The position numbers and the translations under genes are program-made. From a virus (Duplodnaviria; Caudoviricetes): DNA of 61,137 bases. Below the pieces are notes generated by a model that saw nothing but the letters and a program-made list of their open reading frames with translations, did not search any database and was not told the DNA's origin. Location of the stretch: the IMG/VR virus record IMGVR_UViG_3300020732_000001, positions 1 to 61,137 of that record, one strand, 5' to 3'. Positions 20,101 through 28,993 of this stretch are shown piece after piece. Position 1 is the stretch's first letter; each line of letters opens with the position of its first letter.

Positions 20101-23100
20101 TCTGCCGATGCATTCTTGGCTAATGCTATTCGTGATGCTGAATTGCATAGAGCTTATCCAAAAGATGAACGTTATGGTCTAAAGCCAGAGGTATTGGCTG
20201 TAATTAAAGAAGTTAATCGTAGATTTCCAAATGTTTTAGATGGCTTAAGGTTAAGCATTAAGAAACCCAATGAACGTGGATCAACAGGTAACTTTGCACC
20301 ATTATCAAGAATAGTGACGTTATATAAAGACACATCAGGCACATCAGAGCCTAAAACATTTAGACATGAAATTATGCACTCACTTGAGCAGATGATGCCA
20401 GATGATGTGTACATGAAAGTTATTAATAACTGGGCTAAGTCTTTAGCGAAAGCAATTGAAAACTATACAGATAAAAAACATCAAAAATATTTTGATGCTG
20501 TTTTAGATTATGTCAATAATCCAAATGAGCAAACATATCAAAAAGCAAAAGATGCTTTGCCTAATTACAACATGTATCAATACATTAATCCTTCTGAGTT
20601 CTGGGCGGTTAATGCTGAGAAACTGTTTGGGCAGAAGCTAGGCGGTCGTTGGGAAAACTTTAAACGAGCCGTACAAAAACTATTTGAAGGATTAAAGAGT
20701 GTCTTTGGTTTTGATAATCGTTATGGTGTGCATGTGGCGTTTGATCGTTTATTCAAGGGAGATCTTGAGCGTGGCGAGAGTAGACGTATGCTGGTGGATT
20801 ATCTGTATCGTAACAATATAACCAAAGAAACCATATTAGAGAATGTAGATTCAGATGAAATTAATGAATTGTCTGAGAAGCATGGCATCAATGAGCCACC
20901 AGAAAAATTATCGCCATCTGTTGTAGATTGGATTACAGGTGGTAAACAATATGTAAAAAATCTAAAAAATAATTTAAAAGAATCACCAAGAGGCGTAGCT
21001 GTTCAGATGACTGGTAATCTGGATAATGCATTGCTTGGCTTTAGAATCAAAACAACTGACTTTACGGCAGGTCTTGCAGCTGCCGATGCTGAAAAGTATG
21101 GTCGTAAGTTAGAAAACGGCATGAACCAAGCGATTGCTGCAGTAGCAAGCAATCAAGCATTAAGAGCAATTCGTATAGCTTCTAGGGTTGTGGCCAGAGG
21201 AAAATTGGTATTTGATCCTCAATGGCAAATGTTTAGAGCTCAAGAAGACAAGCATTCAATGGCAAACATTTTCCGATTAAGAAAAGAATTTGCTAAACGA
21301 GTTGGTAAATCAGAGGCTAAAAAAGCAATTCAGGGTTTCTTTGAGGCATTACGTTCTAAGAGTATTATTCAAGAGTATGTAGATAGACAAGCCGATTTAG
21401 AAAAATACTTAGCAGAACAAGCTGATCCAACAACTAATGCTAAACGCCAAGCTAAATTAATTAAATTAATTAATGAAGCTCAAGATGATTTGAAAAACGT
21501 AAGTATTGCATTAGAAAAAGTTAGATTGAGTGATGATGCTATTTATGACTTAATTAAGATGGGTGAAAAACATCCAGAGTTAGTGGAGATTCGTAAGAAT
21601 TGGAATGCTATTAATCAAAATATGATTAATATGATGGAGTTTGCCAGCATTATTAGTGAAGAACGTGCCAATACTTTGCGTAATATCAAGGACTATGTTC
21701 CTTGGAATCGTATTATGGATGAGCAAAAAGATGCTCGCAATCCTGTTTGGCTATATACCTCTAAAGGCGTACGAAACGTCAATAGAGAACCAATTTTTAG
21801 ACGAGGAGCAACGAACAGGGATATTGATGACATCATTGATAACATGACGCACAACGTCATGATGATTACTCGCAATGTCATTAAAAACTATGCTGCTAAT
21901 CGTATTGCTCAGGAGTATGCGGAGCGTGATGAAAATGGCAAAATTAAAACTTACCCAGCTGAAGATTTTAGTAAAGGTATTGTTAAAATTTTAGTCAACG
22001 GACAAAAAGTTAATGTCAAGATTCTTGATATGTATGTGGCTCAATCCGTTATTGGTGCTGAGAATGTTCAAATTCCACTTAATGGTATTATGTCGTTCTT
22101 TGCAAACCTTGCAAGAAGAGCGATTACTTTAAGCCCTAAATTCCAAGTTAAACAAGCATTCCAAGATGCGTTTACTGCGGCTATGGTTACTGGTGTTAAA
22201 AACCCTGCTGCTTTGTTAGGGAATGTCTTTGTATCGTTTGCCAAAGGGTTAAATCCCAACGATGAAGTCATTAATACATTAAAAGATTTTGGTGTGGGCG
22301 GTTTTTCTGGCATATCTAGAACACAACAAGGGCGTTACTCTCAAGAAGTTGGCATGTTAAATGATAATCGTCTTTCTCAATTAACTGGACTACTTGACCA
22401 TATTGCTGATGCTTCTGACTATTCACAGCGTATGGCCGCTTACAATCGAGTAATGGCTGAGACTAATGGTGATGTGCGAGCTGCGATTCTTGCTGCGACC
22501 AATGTGATTGACTTTGAAAAACATGGTGCTGGCATAACAATGCAATTTTTAAATCGTACCATTATGTTTATGAATGCTTATGCCCAACAGATCGATGTAT
22601 TAACTCAAGCGTTAATGCTCAATCCTAACGGTGGTCTGCGTGGCATTGATCGTCAGCAAGCTTTAATTCGATTAGGAACAGCTGTAGCAATGATGGCTGG
22701 TATGACATTGCTTTATACATCTTGGGCTGGTGATGACGATGAGTATCAAAAGACAGATGACCGTACTCGTATGCGTAACATTATTCTTCCTAAAGGCAAA
22801 ACTGGCTTTGATCAAACTTATTACATTCCAATTAATACTTCAGCCTCATTCCTGGTCAAAGGCATGATTGAGATGTTACATAACAAATATATTAATGAAT
22901 CATTTAAAGATAAGATTGATGGCACAAGATTTCGTTCAGCCATGTTAAAAGGATTTGTTGATTCTATGTTAGGACCTTTGACTTCTGGACCAGTACCAAC
23001 AGCGTTCAGAGCACCTACTGAAATTATATTGAACCATAACTTTTATACTGGTGGTAAGGTAACTCCAGACAGTATGAAGAACTTAGCAGCATTTCGACAA

Positions 23101-23658
23101 TTCAATGCCAATACATCTGAACTGGGTAAATACATTAGCAGAGCTACTCAGAATCCATTAGATCCAGAACAAAGAATGTTAAACCCAATGGAAGCAGATC
23201 ATGTCATGCGTGGCTTAGGAGGTTCTGTATCAGCTGTTGCCATGTATTTATCTAATATGTTATCTGGCAATCATCCTACGCAAGATGACCGTAAGAATCC
23301 ATTGTATGGAGACTTTATTGCACCTGAGATTCCAAAAGGTAACGAAGAGTTATTCTATGACCTTAAATCTAGGGCTGAAGTAGCTCATGACACAATGACA
23401 GATATGTATCGAAATCAGCATACAGAAGAGGCTCAGAACTGGCAAAAAGCTCATGAAGGATTAATTAAAGCTTATGGATTTACAGAAAGTGCTGGTAAGT
23501 CTTTAGCAGCATTAAATAAAGAAATTCAAAGAACGGCTGACCTTCCAGAGGCTCAGATGACTAAAGAACAGAAAAAAGCCAGAATGATTGAACTGCAAAA
23601 AACAAAACAGATTATTCTTGATAAGACAATCGAGTTTAGAAAGTTAGCTGGACTGTAA
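14182..23658 (+). CDS. Giant polyvalent virion protein with clamp-like, L,D-transpeptidase-like and zincin-like domains and an LPD38-like C-terminus
   Basis: 3158 aa. TDGKRL..FNAEFIEDL..LLMGM; TPAG..SHGCIN; RHEIMH..SEFWA. Occupies the last ejection-gene position. Confidence 0.7.
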   Translation: MPSVSIPYVGVVNFPDDMSHEDISNAIQNHILPNAPHPAATQPGSTSLADTLQQSIFAPVQALFPSVGTEPSTMVGSLAKGVQSLKDIGAQAKLSDLIPLQELDKENYGPNFERAPTTGPQSRENLLATREKVNQYLGQLEQSKANAQAIDAKYGVDPLSKKITALEQTKDFKDASTWEQTKKIGSELLSNFTDIPEYIANVGLSSLPQSIAMAVASKVGASAGITGAMVAGGASSAFMEYGNEYVDLREQGFTHEQANDKAAVKSGIIGLLDAVSLNSAGKVAEKIFGGTRQALKETAKDIGKEIPKQAALGAAGEGFGSYLSNQPVNPRAVMEEALGEVFGAPGEAMSTYQGKRAQQIQNQEAPVVKPEPKGTVTIGPSTPPVPLITEADLEEEPSGRPPVLPTLPHTLEEIMDKGEPVETKQEAEKAHSDGDTVYGFHEQDEEHPVLIKDIDQLKGYTPDQLMVVPKEEKPKEQRKKESPIASSTTYNVKTEDAGTFLTQVFRNKDGSIDIMDEDGQVIKNNKEFAKGKSDAELLAYHFEPLGYESHEVVPKEETPAEVKKEEEQKEEESTSNIVTGVGVNPETINKVIDARSAGKAKDYIKKHGQEFFDQALKDGLIRTFTVGKNTFVTTTDEGDDLYYTNTKTDDGKYSLKEVQDAVDSVKGEWEQFADADKFIKKYPDMLTSAWKSGFLRTSASGTNLFAVYNEEDLERAKQNQADEENPIEMFKQNIAERAAEEKAREEEKAKAPKTKAELNRERQQAKKEAAEKKKQEEEVKKKQLDEEAEMKMPEEIEAEELKDKIAPNETKKINATNYISKSTNAEKLNGWSKIDTYSSIILVGQEDPNVKEFTQHTWTFNPKSGTDAMRAQNLVQVWTQENPLKKEEPKGKIKIEPVVKKTQAEINKERQEAKKNATKKPQDFTNDELDLAAKIVYNGNGIEYEKSVLPILKKLQDAGLIKLQGTKVFLTQESKDAGIPEGSSFSQFSDSEDVKNLRNFLTKGPKKEEVKVEKKPAEEHIEPNKVEPVTPKTIEKSIEKAQSRVDYKKIKQAISNQFDQAIKRATIQTEKEWDASTKERDSFVKIDIPGDGKFKVANNVERLEDLKKKLINAAAPKTGGIPRAPSAASVSSAETAFKNFVEEQDFENAIKYAELKGLDMKEVKLTPDQRKQLDNYIKNPKAFEEEKAEVEKQSEDYVEAQKENAVEKLNLKEEKPKAGQVFPAPAVNKKLFEGTDKPITKKPNWMDEGVWNQYERFQAGNFSMPTASFQGAERIKKGNEFKKEAEKNYKEAARIFLRFASTAKFPTARADKLILEKGSYIPARPIEKKIIGAFTEPNIKKAVYALVDPKEVREALRGAVLEPDKTVSTDGKRLLIVNTKNDVTKPTIVDKDGKVIEAQIAPYEKVLEKYKDLKPSHGVNAEALGDYARGVIKGHKYAGNTFYPITLVVGKENYTFNAEFIEDLTNAFRQLGYPEFNIGIQDKMLKAVSPDGKVTQLLMGMTERDTNFMPFNINNGYPSFTSDEKLGEEYFIEGEATDISNRKLLAGPVDELSEQEQVKLEEHYGAKRNTREFFTQLKDDVIRATNEGIGIIDSAIRDIIAKIQAGVLAVAIIFNPAYMSEGNYFMMPTKERSVRIEQVRAEVPAEAEGMSEAGKHAYSMIAPAQSGTKYFTIVDKPTATAYVFNPDGSLKISRKVLLGKAFGDSYVGQVQFEQNRQTPAGMFTINAEKGNLRDYDGKTIYTLSGDKGAFHVAVMHTVYTKESDGKARLNALTTPGAADSRYSHGCINGTPEFMQSINDEKMDQSHMFVVPDNQAKVDDFLANNVPKDDLDRMEVKPVERQVVEEREQQKVVSGAQQDLLATREEEIKAPKTQAEINRERQQAKKASQETPEEDYRGTFTDNLDERRFFKEESLSNKQHASEQARKVKTSITKILRQMVKGNFGIDTQRALTELLSERTITNIEKKYARVRIDSADAFLANAIRDAELHRAYPKDERYGLKPEVLAVIKEVNRRFPNVLDGLRLSIKKPNERGSTGNFAPLSRIVTLYKDTSGTSEPKTFRHEIMHSLEQMMPDDVYMKVINNWAKSLAKAIENYTDKKHQKYFDAVLDYVNNPNEQTYQKAKDALPNYNMYQYINPSEFWAVNAEKLFGQKLGGRWENFKRAVQKLFEGLKSVFGFDNRYGVHVAFDRLFKGDLERGESRRMLVDYLYRNNITKETILENVDSDEINELSEKHGINEPPEKLSPSVVDWITGGKQYVKNLKNNLKESPRGVAVQMTGNLDNALLGFRIKTTDFTAGLAAADAEKYGRKLENGMNQAIAAVASNQALRAIRIASRVVARGKLVFDPQWQMFRAQEDKHSMANIFRLRKEFAKRVGKSEAKKAIQGFFEALRSKSIIQEYVDRQADLEKYLAEQADPTTNAKRQAKLIKLINEAQDDLKNVSIALEKVRLSDDAIYDLIKMGEKHPELVEIRKNWNAINQNMINMMEFASIISEERANTLRNIKDYVPWNRIMDEQKDARNPVWLYTSKGVRNVNREPIFRRGATNRDIDDIIDNMTHNVMMITRNVIKNYAANRIAQEYAERDENGKIKTYPAEDFSKGIVKILVNGQKVNVKILDMYVAQSVIGAENVQIPLNGIMSFFANLARRAITLSPKFQVKQAFQDAFTAAMVTGVKNPAALLGNVFVSFAKGLNPNDEVINTLKDFGVGGFSGISRTQQGRYSQEVGMLNDNRLSQLTGLLDHIADASDYSQRMAAYNRVMAETNGDVRAAILAATNVIDFEKHGAGITMQFLNRTIMFMNAYAQQIDVLTQALMLNPNGGLRGIDRQQALIRLGTAVAMMAGMTLLYTSWAGDDDEYQKTDDRTRMRNIILPKGKTGFDQTYYIPINTSASFLVKGMIEMLHNKYINESFKDKIDGTRFRSAMLKGFVDSMLGPLTSGPVPTAFRAPTEIILNHNFYTGGKVTPDSMKNLAAFRQFNANTSELGKYISRATQNPLDPEQRMLNPMEADHVMRGLGGSVSAVAMYLSNMLSGNHPTQDDRKNPLYGDFIAPEIPKGNEELFYDLKSRAEVAHDTMTDMYRNQHTEEAQNWQKAHEGLIKAYGFTESAGKSLAALNKEIQRTADLPEAQMTKEQKKARMIELQKTKQIILDKTIEFRKLAGL

Positions 23659-23977
23659 CCATACCTTTGACCTCATCGGTAAACTGAAAGGTAGGCAAGA
23701 ACTGTCTATCGTTAATCTTAAGGGCATCAGCAACACCATCGAGTCCAGCTTTAATGCTGGCTACCATATTATCTGCATCCCTATGGCGTTTATCAGGTGG
23801 ATAGAACGTCACCGTAATAGGGATTTTCCCATCGGTTGATACTTTGACCTTGGATTCCAGCGTTAACACCCAGCAAGTATGCCTATACGCTTTCTTATGT
23901 TTTGCTTTCTTAGCCCAATGAAGGTTAGCGTTGGGGGATAATTCTTTTGGTGGCCAGGGCAGATAAATTATTTTCAT
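23636..23977 (-). CDS. rusA: RusA-like Holliday junction resolvase
   Basis: LPWPP..SPN, YPPDKRHRDADN..KAGLD..INDRQ. Likely start ATG at 23977. Confidence 0.8.
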   Translation of the reverse strand: MKIIYLPWPPKELSPNANLHWAKKAKHKKAYRHTCWVLTLESKVKVSTDGKIPITVTFYPPDKRHRDADNMVASIKAGLDGVADALKINDRQFLPTFQFTDEVKGMVTVQLTF

Positions 23978-24006
23978 AGTAGATGTAATTAAATGGGTAC
24001 AATCTA

Positions 24007-24057
24007 TTGACATGATTCATTATATCATGCAAACTATAGTCTGATTAACTGCTAGGA
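24007..24057 (+). promoter_or_regulatory. Sigma70-like promoter followed by AACTGCTAGGA leader motif
   Basis: TTGACA 24007-24012; -10 candidates CAAACT or TATAGT; motif at 24047-24057. Confidence 0.6.
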
Positions 24058-24065
24058 AAATCAAA

Positions 24066-24284
24066 ATGAATGTCCCTTACACCACGAAGACTGGTTTAAA
24101 GATTGGCTTACGTTACCAAGAAGAAGGTATCAGAATGCCTATCGATGATCCAGATATGTTGTTTTTACAAACCATGCTCATTTGCCCTAAAGCAAGAAGA
24201 CAAGAGAAGCTTGATGATTTAGTTTACAAGTTTGCTGTTGTTATTTTGCTTGGCATTATGTTTTTTAAATTTATCTTTCGCTAG
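24066..24284 (+). CDS. Hypothetical membrane protein
   Basis: VPYTTKTGLKIG N-terminus; TM C-terminus. Confidence 0.7.
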   Translation: MNVPYTTKTGLKIGLRYQEEGIRMPIDDPDMLFLQTMLICPKARRQEKLDDLVYKFAVVILLGIMFFKFIFR

Positions 24285-24292
24285 GAGAAGAT

Positions 24293-24439
24293 ATGGAATT
24301 TACACCAGTACAAAATGAAATACTCAGGGCTGTCTTTAAATCAATGGATGAAGAGTTAGGTATCAAGCCATTGACTGAAGAACAGATGAAGATATTTAAC
24401 TTAAAGCTTGATGAGGTTATCCATGAAGATCACGAATAA
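24293..24439 (+). CDS. Small hypothetical protein (48 aa, not in ORF track)
   Basis: RBS GCTAGGAG; MEFTPVQNEIL... Confidence 0.6.
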   Translation: MEFTPVQNEILRAVFKSMDEELGIKPLTEEQMKIFNLKLDEVIHEDHE

Positions 24440-25307
24440 ATTTAATCTTCCTGAGACCTTTGTTAATGTTCTCAAGCGTGATCCTTACACCAAAGGTAAG
24501 GCTCATCTGTCAGTAACACAGTTAATTAATAGTCCAAAGGTTGTTGCATTAACGAAGAAGTACGATAGTTTGCTTGAGCAGGATGTATCTGAGATGATTT
24601 GGCCACTCTTTGGTAAGGCGATGCATTCGATTCTTGAGGATGGCAAGGCTGAGAATCACATTATCGAGCAGCGTATCCATTCAGAAATTGAAGGATGGAA
24701 TATCTCAGGAGCGATTGATTTGCAGATTATTAGCAATCAAGGCATCAGCATTCGTGACTATAAGACTACAGGAGTTTGGTCGGTCATGAATGAAAAAGCT
24801 GAATGGGAATATCAATTGAACTGTTATGCCTGGCTAGTAGAGAAGGTTAAAAAGATTCCTGTGGTTGATCTTGGTATTACGGCTATTCTGCGTGACTGGA
24901 AAGCAAGAGAGGCTGAACAGAAGGCTGGTTATCCTGAAGCACCTGTTAAAGATATTCCTGTGGTTCTATGGTCAATGGAAGAGCGTGAAGAGTTTATTAG
25001 GGCACGGATTGGATTACATAGTGCTTGTGACTTTGCAATGGAAACAGAAACAGAATTACCTGACTGCACACCTGAAGAGATGTGGGAGAAATCAGCAGTC
25101 TGGGCAGTCACAAAGATTGGTGGTAAACGTGCTCATTCCCTATATGAAACGGCAGAACAAGCGATTGCTGCCTGTACTGAGTTGGGGGATAAGTATGAAA
25201 TCGTAGAGCGTAAAGGCGAAAGAACTCGCTGTGAATCATATTGTGCTGTTAACCAATGGTGCAATCAATATCAATCTTATAAGGAGAAATTAAATGAGTC
25301 TATTTAA
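24423..25307 (+). CDS. PD-(D/E)XK exonuclease (Cas4/RecB-like)
   Basis: G..H..L, SGAID..DYKTT, QLNCY, RCESYC..C. Confidence 0.8.
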   Translation: MKITNKFNLPETFVNVLKRDPYTKGKAHLSVTQLINSPKVVALTKKYDSLLEQDVSEMIWPLFGKAMHSILEDGKAENHIIEQRIHSEIEGWNISGAIDLQIISNQGISIRDYKTTGVWSVMNEKAEWEYQLNCYAWLVEKVKKIPVVDLGITAILRDWKAREAEQKAGYPEAPVKDIPVVLWSMEEREEFIRARIGLHSACDFAMETETELPDCTPEEMWEKSAVWAVTKIGGKRAHSLYETAEQAIAACTELGDKYEIVERKGERTRCESYCAVNQWCNQYQSYKEKLNESI

Positions 25308-25455
25308 AGGTGTTTGGGATAAAAATTTGGAAGAAGCAAAAATTATTTTTAGTGATGATTTTTTATCGGCACATAGAGTTTTTCAGTTGGATGCGTTGCA
25401 AGATGCCATTTTTGAACTTAAAAATAAATACATCGAAATTTTAGAGGAGAAGTAA
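25294..25455 (+). CDS. Small hypothetical protein (53 aa, not in ORF track)
   Basis: RBS AAGGAG; MSLFKGVWD... Confidence 0.6.
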   Translation: MSLFKGVWDKNLEEAKIIFSDDFLSAHRVFQLDALQDAIFELKNKYIEILEEK

Positions 25456-26214
25456 ATGGTTTATCAAAAACTAATTAAAGCAAGGAATATGCTCCGTAAG
25501 TTAGAGCTGAAGAAGTCAGGGCATAACAAGTTTGCAGGTTATAACTACTTTGAGCTTGGCGATTTCTTGCCTTATGTTCAGGCAATATTCGAAGAAATAG
25601 GGCTTTGTGATGTTATTTACTTTGACAAAGATATGGCTTATATGAATATCTTTGATACAGAAGATGGATCGTTTGCATTGTTTACTTCACCGATGGGTTC
25701 TGCCCAGTTAAAGGGTTGCCATGAAGTGCAGAATATTGGAGCAGTAGAAACATATCAAAGACGTTATTTGTATGTAACTGCAATGGCTATTTCTGAGCAT
25801 GATCCAATTGATGCCACGATGAATCCCAATGATTCTCACCTTAACAATGCAAAGGTGACAGAAAAACCTACTGAAAACAAACATTTACAGTTCCAAGTTG
25901 GCGAAGAAAAAGTAACTTTGAAAGCTGTTCCTAGAACAGAACCTAAGATGGTCAGCAAGATTACAGGCGATAAGGGTGAGTTTCAAATCATTATTGATCC
26001 ACCACCAGAGGGAGATATTAAAGACTGGTTAGGGTTGGTTCAACAAGCTTCTCATATGTTATTGGATTTATGTGAGAAGGAGGCAGATGTGATGGCCATA
26101 TTTAGAAAAAACAAAGTTCTATTTGATACGGTCAAAGCTAAGGATCCTGAATTCTTTGCAGGAATGATGGGTAAATTTACGTTAATGAGAGAAAAGCTGA
26201 AGGAGAAGAAGTAA
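25456..26214 (+). CDS. ERF-like single-strand annealing protein
   Basis: KKSGHNKFAGYNYFELGDF..QNIGAVETYQRRYL; next to the exonuclease. Confidence 0.75.
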   Translation: MVYQKLIKARNMLRKLELKKSGHNKFAGYNYFELGDFLPYVQAIFEEIGLCDVIYFDKDMAYMNIFDTEDGSFALFTSPMGSAQLKGCHEVQNIGAVETYQRRYLYVTAMAISEHDPIDATMNPNDSHLNNAKVTEKPTENKHLQFQVGEEKVTLKAVPRTEPKMVSKITGDKGEFQIIIDPPPEGDIKDWLGLVQQASHMLLDLCEKEADVMAIFRKNKVLFDTVKAKDPEFFAGMMGKFTLMREKLKEKK

Positions 26215-26468
26215 TGGCATATGAAAATAAACCACAGACAGGGAGTCTGTTTCCTAATCAAAAAAAATCAGAAAGTCATCCTGATATGAAGGGTGATGTG
26301 TATTTAGATAAAACATTTCTAATTGAGATGATGGATAAGTCAAAAGGAAATTTAGTGAAGATTTCTTTGGCGGCATGGAAAAAAGAATCTTCAAAAGGGC
26401 TTAAGTATTTGTCAATGACATTATCTGAGCCATATGAAAAACCTGCTAACAATAACCCATGGGAGTAA
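26214..26468 (+). CDS. Putative ssDNA-binding (DUF736-like) protein
   Basis: GSLFPN..HPDMKG..AAWKK..KYLSM and PW tail; follows the SSAP gene. Confidence 0.55.
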   Translation: MAYENKPQTGSLFPNQKKSESHPDMKGDVYLDKTFLIEMMDKSKGNLVKISLAAWKKESSKGLKYLSMTLSEPYEKPANNNPWE

Positions 26469-26470
26469 TC

Positions 26471-26797
26471 ATGACTGAAAAACGCAGAGGTAGACCAAGA
26501 AAGATTAAAAATAATAAAGCAAATATGGCTATTGATCTTTTAAAACAAATGGCTATACATGTTCCAATCAATCAAGAAACATTTAATGAAGCCGTAGAAA
26601 AAATGGTTGCCGAAGATAAAAAAGTGGATTGGGAAGAACTGGCGAAGAAACAAGAGAATCAAATGCAAGTGTTGCGTAATGAAAATGAAGATCTTGCCAA
26701 GATTTGTGTGGATCGTTGGGAAAAGATTCAAGACAAAGAAAAGATTATTAAATACTTGGAGGGCAGAATTGAAAACCTTGCAATTCGAAGCCGTTAA
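26471..26797 (+). CDS. Coiled-coil protein with N-terminal AT-hook
   Basis: KRRGRPRK after RBS GGGAG. Confidence 0.6.
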   Translation: MTEKRRGRPRKIKNNKANMAIDLLKQMAIHVPINQETFNEAVEKMVAEDKKVDWEELAKKQENQMQVLRNENEDLAKICVDRWEKIQDKEKIIKYLEGRIENLAIRSR

Positions 26798-27191
26798 GGT
26801 TGCTCTCAAGCAAGATAAGACTGGCTACGTTTTAACATTGTCTATGCATCCTGACGAGATTCCTGAAGACCTGATGCGTGACTATGTTGGGGCAAGATAT
26901 CAATGTGTCCTAGTCAGGCTAGATGGCAATGAGCAGCCAATGGATAAAGAGCAAGAGTTTGCTGGTGATCGTGCTGTTCGTATTGCTGGCTTGCTTGGGC
27001 GAGATCCTATTTTTTGGAAGTATCTGTATGACCAGGAACAGATTTTTGATGAGAGTGGCGAAGAAGCAGTTGAGTATATTCGCAACTATTTGAATCTTGA
27101 ATCAAGGTCAGAGTTAAAGACTAACCGAGAAGCACAGATACTATTAGATAAACTTTATAGAGAGTACCAAGCATGGATACAAAAAAACTAG
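26769..27191 (+). CDS. Hypothetical protein
   Basis: ORF track; probable TTG start at 26769. Confidence 0.65.
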   Translation: MKTLQFEAVKVALKQDKTGYVLTLSMHPDEIPEDLMRDYVGARYQCVLVRLDGNEQPMDKEQEFAGDRAVRIAGLLGRDPIFWKYLYDQEQIFDESGEEAVEYIRNYLNLESRSELKTNREAQILLDKLYREYQAWIQKN

Positions 27192-27454
27192 TACCGTATT
27201 CTGTTTACCTGCCAATTGAACATCATACTAAGTTAAAAGAGTTTGCAAAAGATCGTCAAGCTTCTGCATTAATTCGTGATGCAATTGGTATGTTGGTAGA
27301 TGGAACGGATGTATTTAGGACAGGCTATAACAAAGGCATTAGAGATGCAGCCAAAGTTATTTATGACTGTGAGGAAGCCCAGATGATTGCCATCAAAGGT
27401 AAAGACTTGGGCGTTGTTTTATCAGATCGCATTAAAGAGTTGGAGGTCAAATGA
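27173..27454 (+). CDS. Putative ribbon-helix-helix DNA-binding protein
   Basis: YSVYLP..H.KLK..A..SALIRDAI pattern. Confidence 0.5.
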   Translation: MDTKKLVPYSVYLPIEHHTKLKEFAKDRQASALIRDAIGMLVDGTDVFRTGYNKGIRDAAKVIYDCEEAQMIAIKGKDLGVVLSDRIKELEVK

Positions 27455-27870
27455 ATATTAAGCCACACCCAATGAGCAAGATTAAGAAAGAAGAATGGAT
27501 TATTTTGCGTTTATTGTATTTGATTGTGTCGCTTGATCCTACGATGGTGCGTGTCAAAGATGTTGAACGATCTATTAAGTATATAGATAAGAAATACAGA
27601 AACATTGAAGGTTTTTCTATTGTCCAGGCGTTTAATCTCCTGAAGAAAGAACATGGCAAAGAGGATACCTTTAACGATATTGGTATTACTTTGATTAGTA
27701 ATTTGCAAAAACAAGTAAATGTTCATCGTGAGTATATTGATGAAGAACAGAAAGAATTTATGCAGCGTAGAGTATTTGGTGTGCAATACCATCCACAATC
27801 TACGAAGAGTGCCATAGTGCAAGACATCATTGATGCAGAAAATATGAGATTAGGAACTCAAAATGGATAA
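27451..27870 (+). CDS. Hypothetical protein
   Basis: ATGA coupling, ORF track. Confidence 0.65.
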   Translation: MNIKPHPMSKIKKEEWIILRLLYLIVSLDPTMVRVKDVERSIKYIDKKYRNIEGFSIVQAFNLLKKEHGKEDTFNDIGITLISNLQKQVNVHREYIDEEQKEFMQRRVFGVQYHPQSTKSAIVQDIIDAENMRLGTQNG

Positions 27871-28132
27871 TAAAGAATTTATTAATAAGGTATTAGAAGA
27901 AGATCGTAAGAAAGAAACTGATCCATCAAGGATTATTGCATTAGAGATCTTCAACTTACTAGCACCCAAAGCCGAGCAAGAAGCCAGCGTGATTCTAGCT
28001 GGTGTATCAATGGTTTTGGCTACGATGGCAGTTGAGATGGGAATCGAAGAAGAGAAAGCCGTTTATGCGTTTAGAAGGTCTTATGCGAATGCTCATAGGC
28101 GTTTAAAACAATTAATCAAACAGGTGCACTAA
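27863..28132 (+). CDS. Hypothetical protein
   Basis: ORF track, RBS. Confidence 0.65.
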   Translation: MDNKEFINKVLEEDRKKETDPSRIIALEIFNLLAPKAEQEASVILAGVSMVLATMAVEMGIEEEKAVYAFRRSYANAHRRLKQLIKQVH

Positions 28133-28461
28133 TGTATATTGCTAATGCAACAATTGAAAGTACAATGCTTGGCATAGAAGACCATGGAATTATGTCATTT
28201 AGTTTAACGCTTATATATGGTGGTGGTTATGGACAAGGCTTTGGTGGATATGCTTTAGATGGCAAAGGCGGAGAACAAGGACATGCTAAGAGCATTCTAT
28301 GTATTCGAAAGATTATTGAAACAGTTGGTGTTGAAAAATGGGAAGATTTGCGAGGTAAATATATTCGAATAAAAAAATCATCCGAACATACAGGCACTAT
28401 TGATGAGATAGGAAACATTATGGATGAAAAATGGTTCAACATTAAGGAGTTTTGGCAATGA
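28132..28461 (+). CDS. Conserved phage hypothetical protein
   Basis: NATIESTMLGIEDHGI..QGFGGY..GVEKWEDL. Confidence 0.7.
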   Translation: MYIANATIESTMLGIEDHGIMSFSLTLIYGGGYGQGFGGYALDGKGGEQGHAKSILCIRKIIETVGVEKWEDLRGKYIRIKKSSEHTGTIDEIGNIMDEKWFNIKEFWQ

Positions 28462-28658
28462 CAAAAAAAATGAAAGCATTTCCACAAAGAGTAAGTACCG
28501 AATATCAATATCAAGTTGAACATGGCATGGATTTAAGAGATTACTTTGCTGCTAAAGCTATGCAAAAAATGATATGGGAAAAAGGTCAAGACTTAGAAAA
28601 TGCAAAAGACTGTTATGTAATAGCAGATGCCATGATGAAAGCAAGACAAAATGACTGA
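28452..28658 (+). CDS. Hypothetical protein (GMDLRDYFAAKAM type)
   Basis: Widespread phage motif ending in ADAMM. Confidence 0.7.
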   Translation: MAMTKKMKAFPQRVSTEYQYQVEHGMDLRDYFAAKAMQKMIWEKGQDLENAKDCYVIADAMMKARQND

Positions 28659-28842
28659 ACAAGATCAAGAGCATACCAAGATACTCTTTGCCATAATGAT
28701 TACTAATGGCTTATTGTCCAGGCTAGATCCAAAAGAAATTGATCCTGTGGACATCTGGGAGCTGGCAGATGCATTAATGGAAGCAAAGAATCATGTATCT
28801 GCTGGTCTTCCTCCAATTAAGAGAAGGAGAAGGCATGAGTGA
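28651..28842 (+). CDS. Hypothetical protein, distantly similar to the preceding gene
   Basis: FA..GL..LADALM pattern. Confidence 0.6.
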   Translation: MTEQDQEHTKILFAIMITNGLLSRLDPKEIDPVDIWELADALMEAKNHVSAGLPPIKRRRRHE

Positions 28843-28993
28843 TAGAAGATATTGCTCTTCCTGTGTAACCTATCAGCCAGTAGAAGGTGGAATGTTAGTA
28901 GATACGGCAAACAAAAGTGTAAGAAGATGGAAGTGTGCAACATGTTTAAAAAAATTAAGTGAACGAAAATTGCAATCAAGAGGAAAAAAATGA
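28835..28993 (+). CDS. Small Zn-ribbon protein
   Basis: CSSC...CATC; RBS AAGGAG. Confidence 0.6.
   Translation: MSDRRYCSSCVTYQPVEGGMLVDTANKSVRRWKCATCLKKLSERKLQSRGKK

Noticed and set aside
14345-22313. Many short antisense or alternate-frame ORFs inside the giant gene and other long genes
   Set aside because: These are shadow ORFs of biased coding sequence with no RBS or recognisable motifs.
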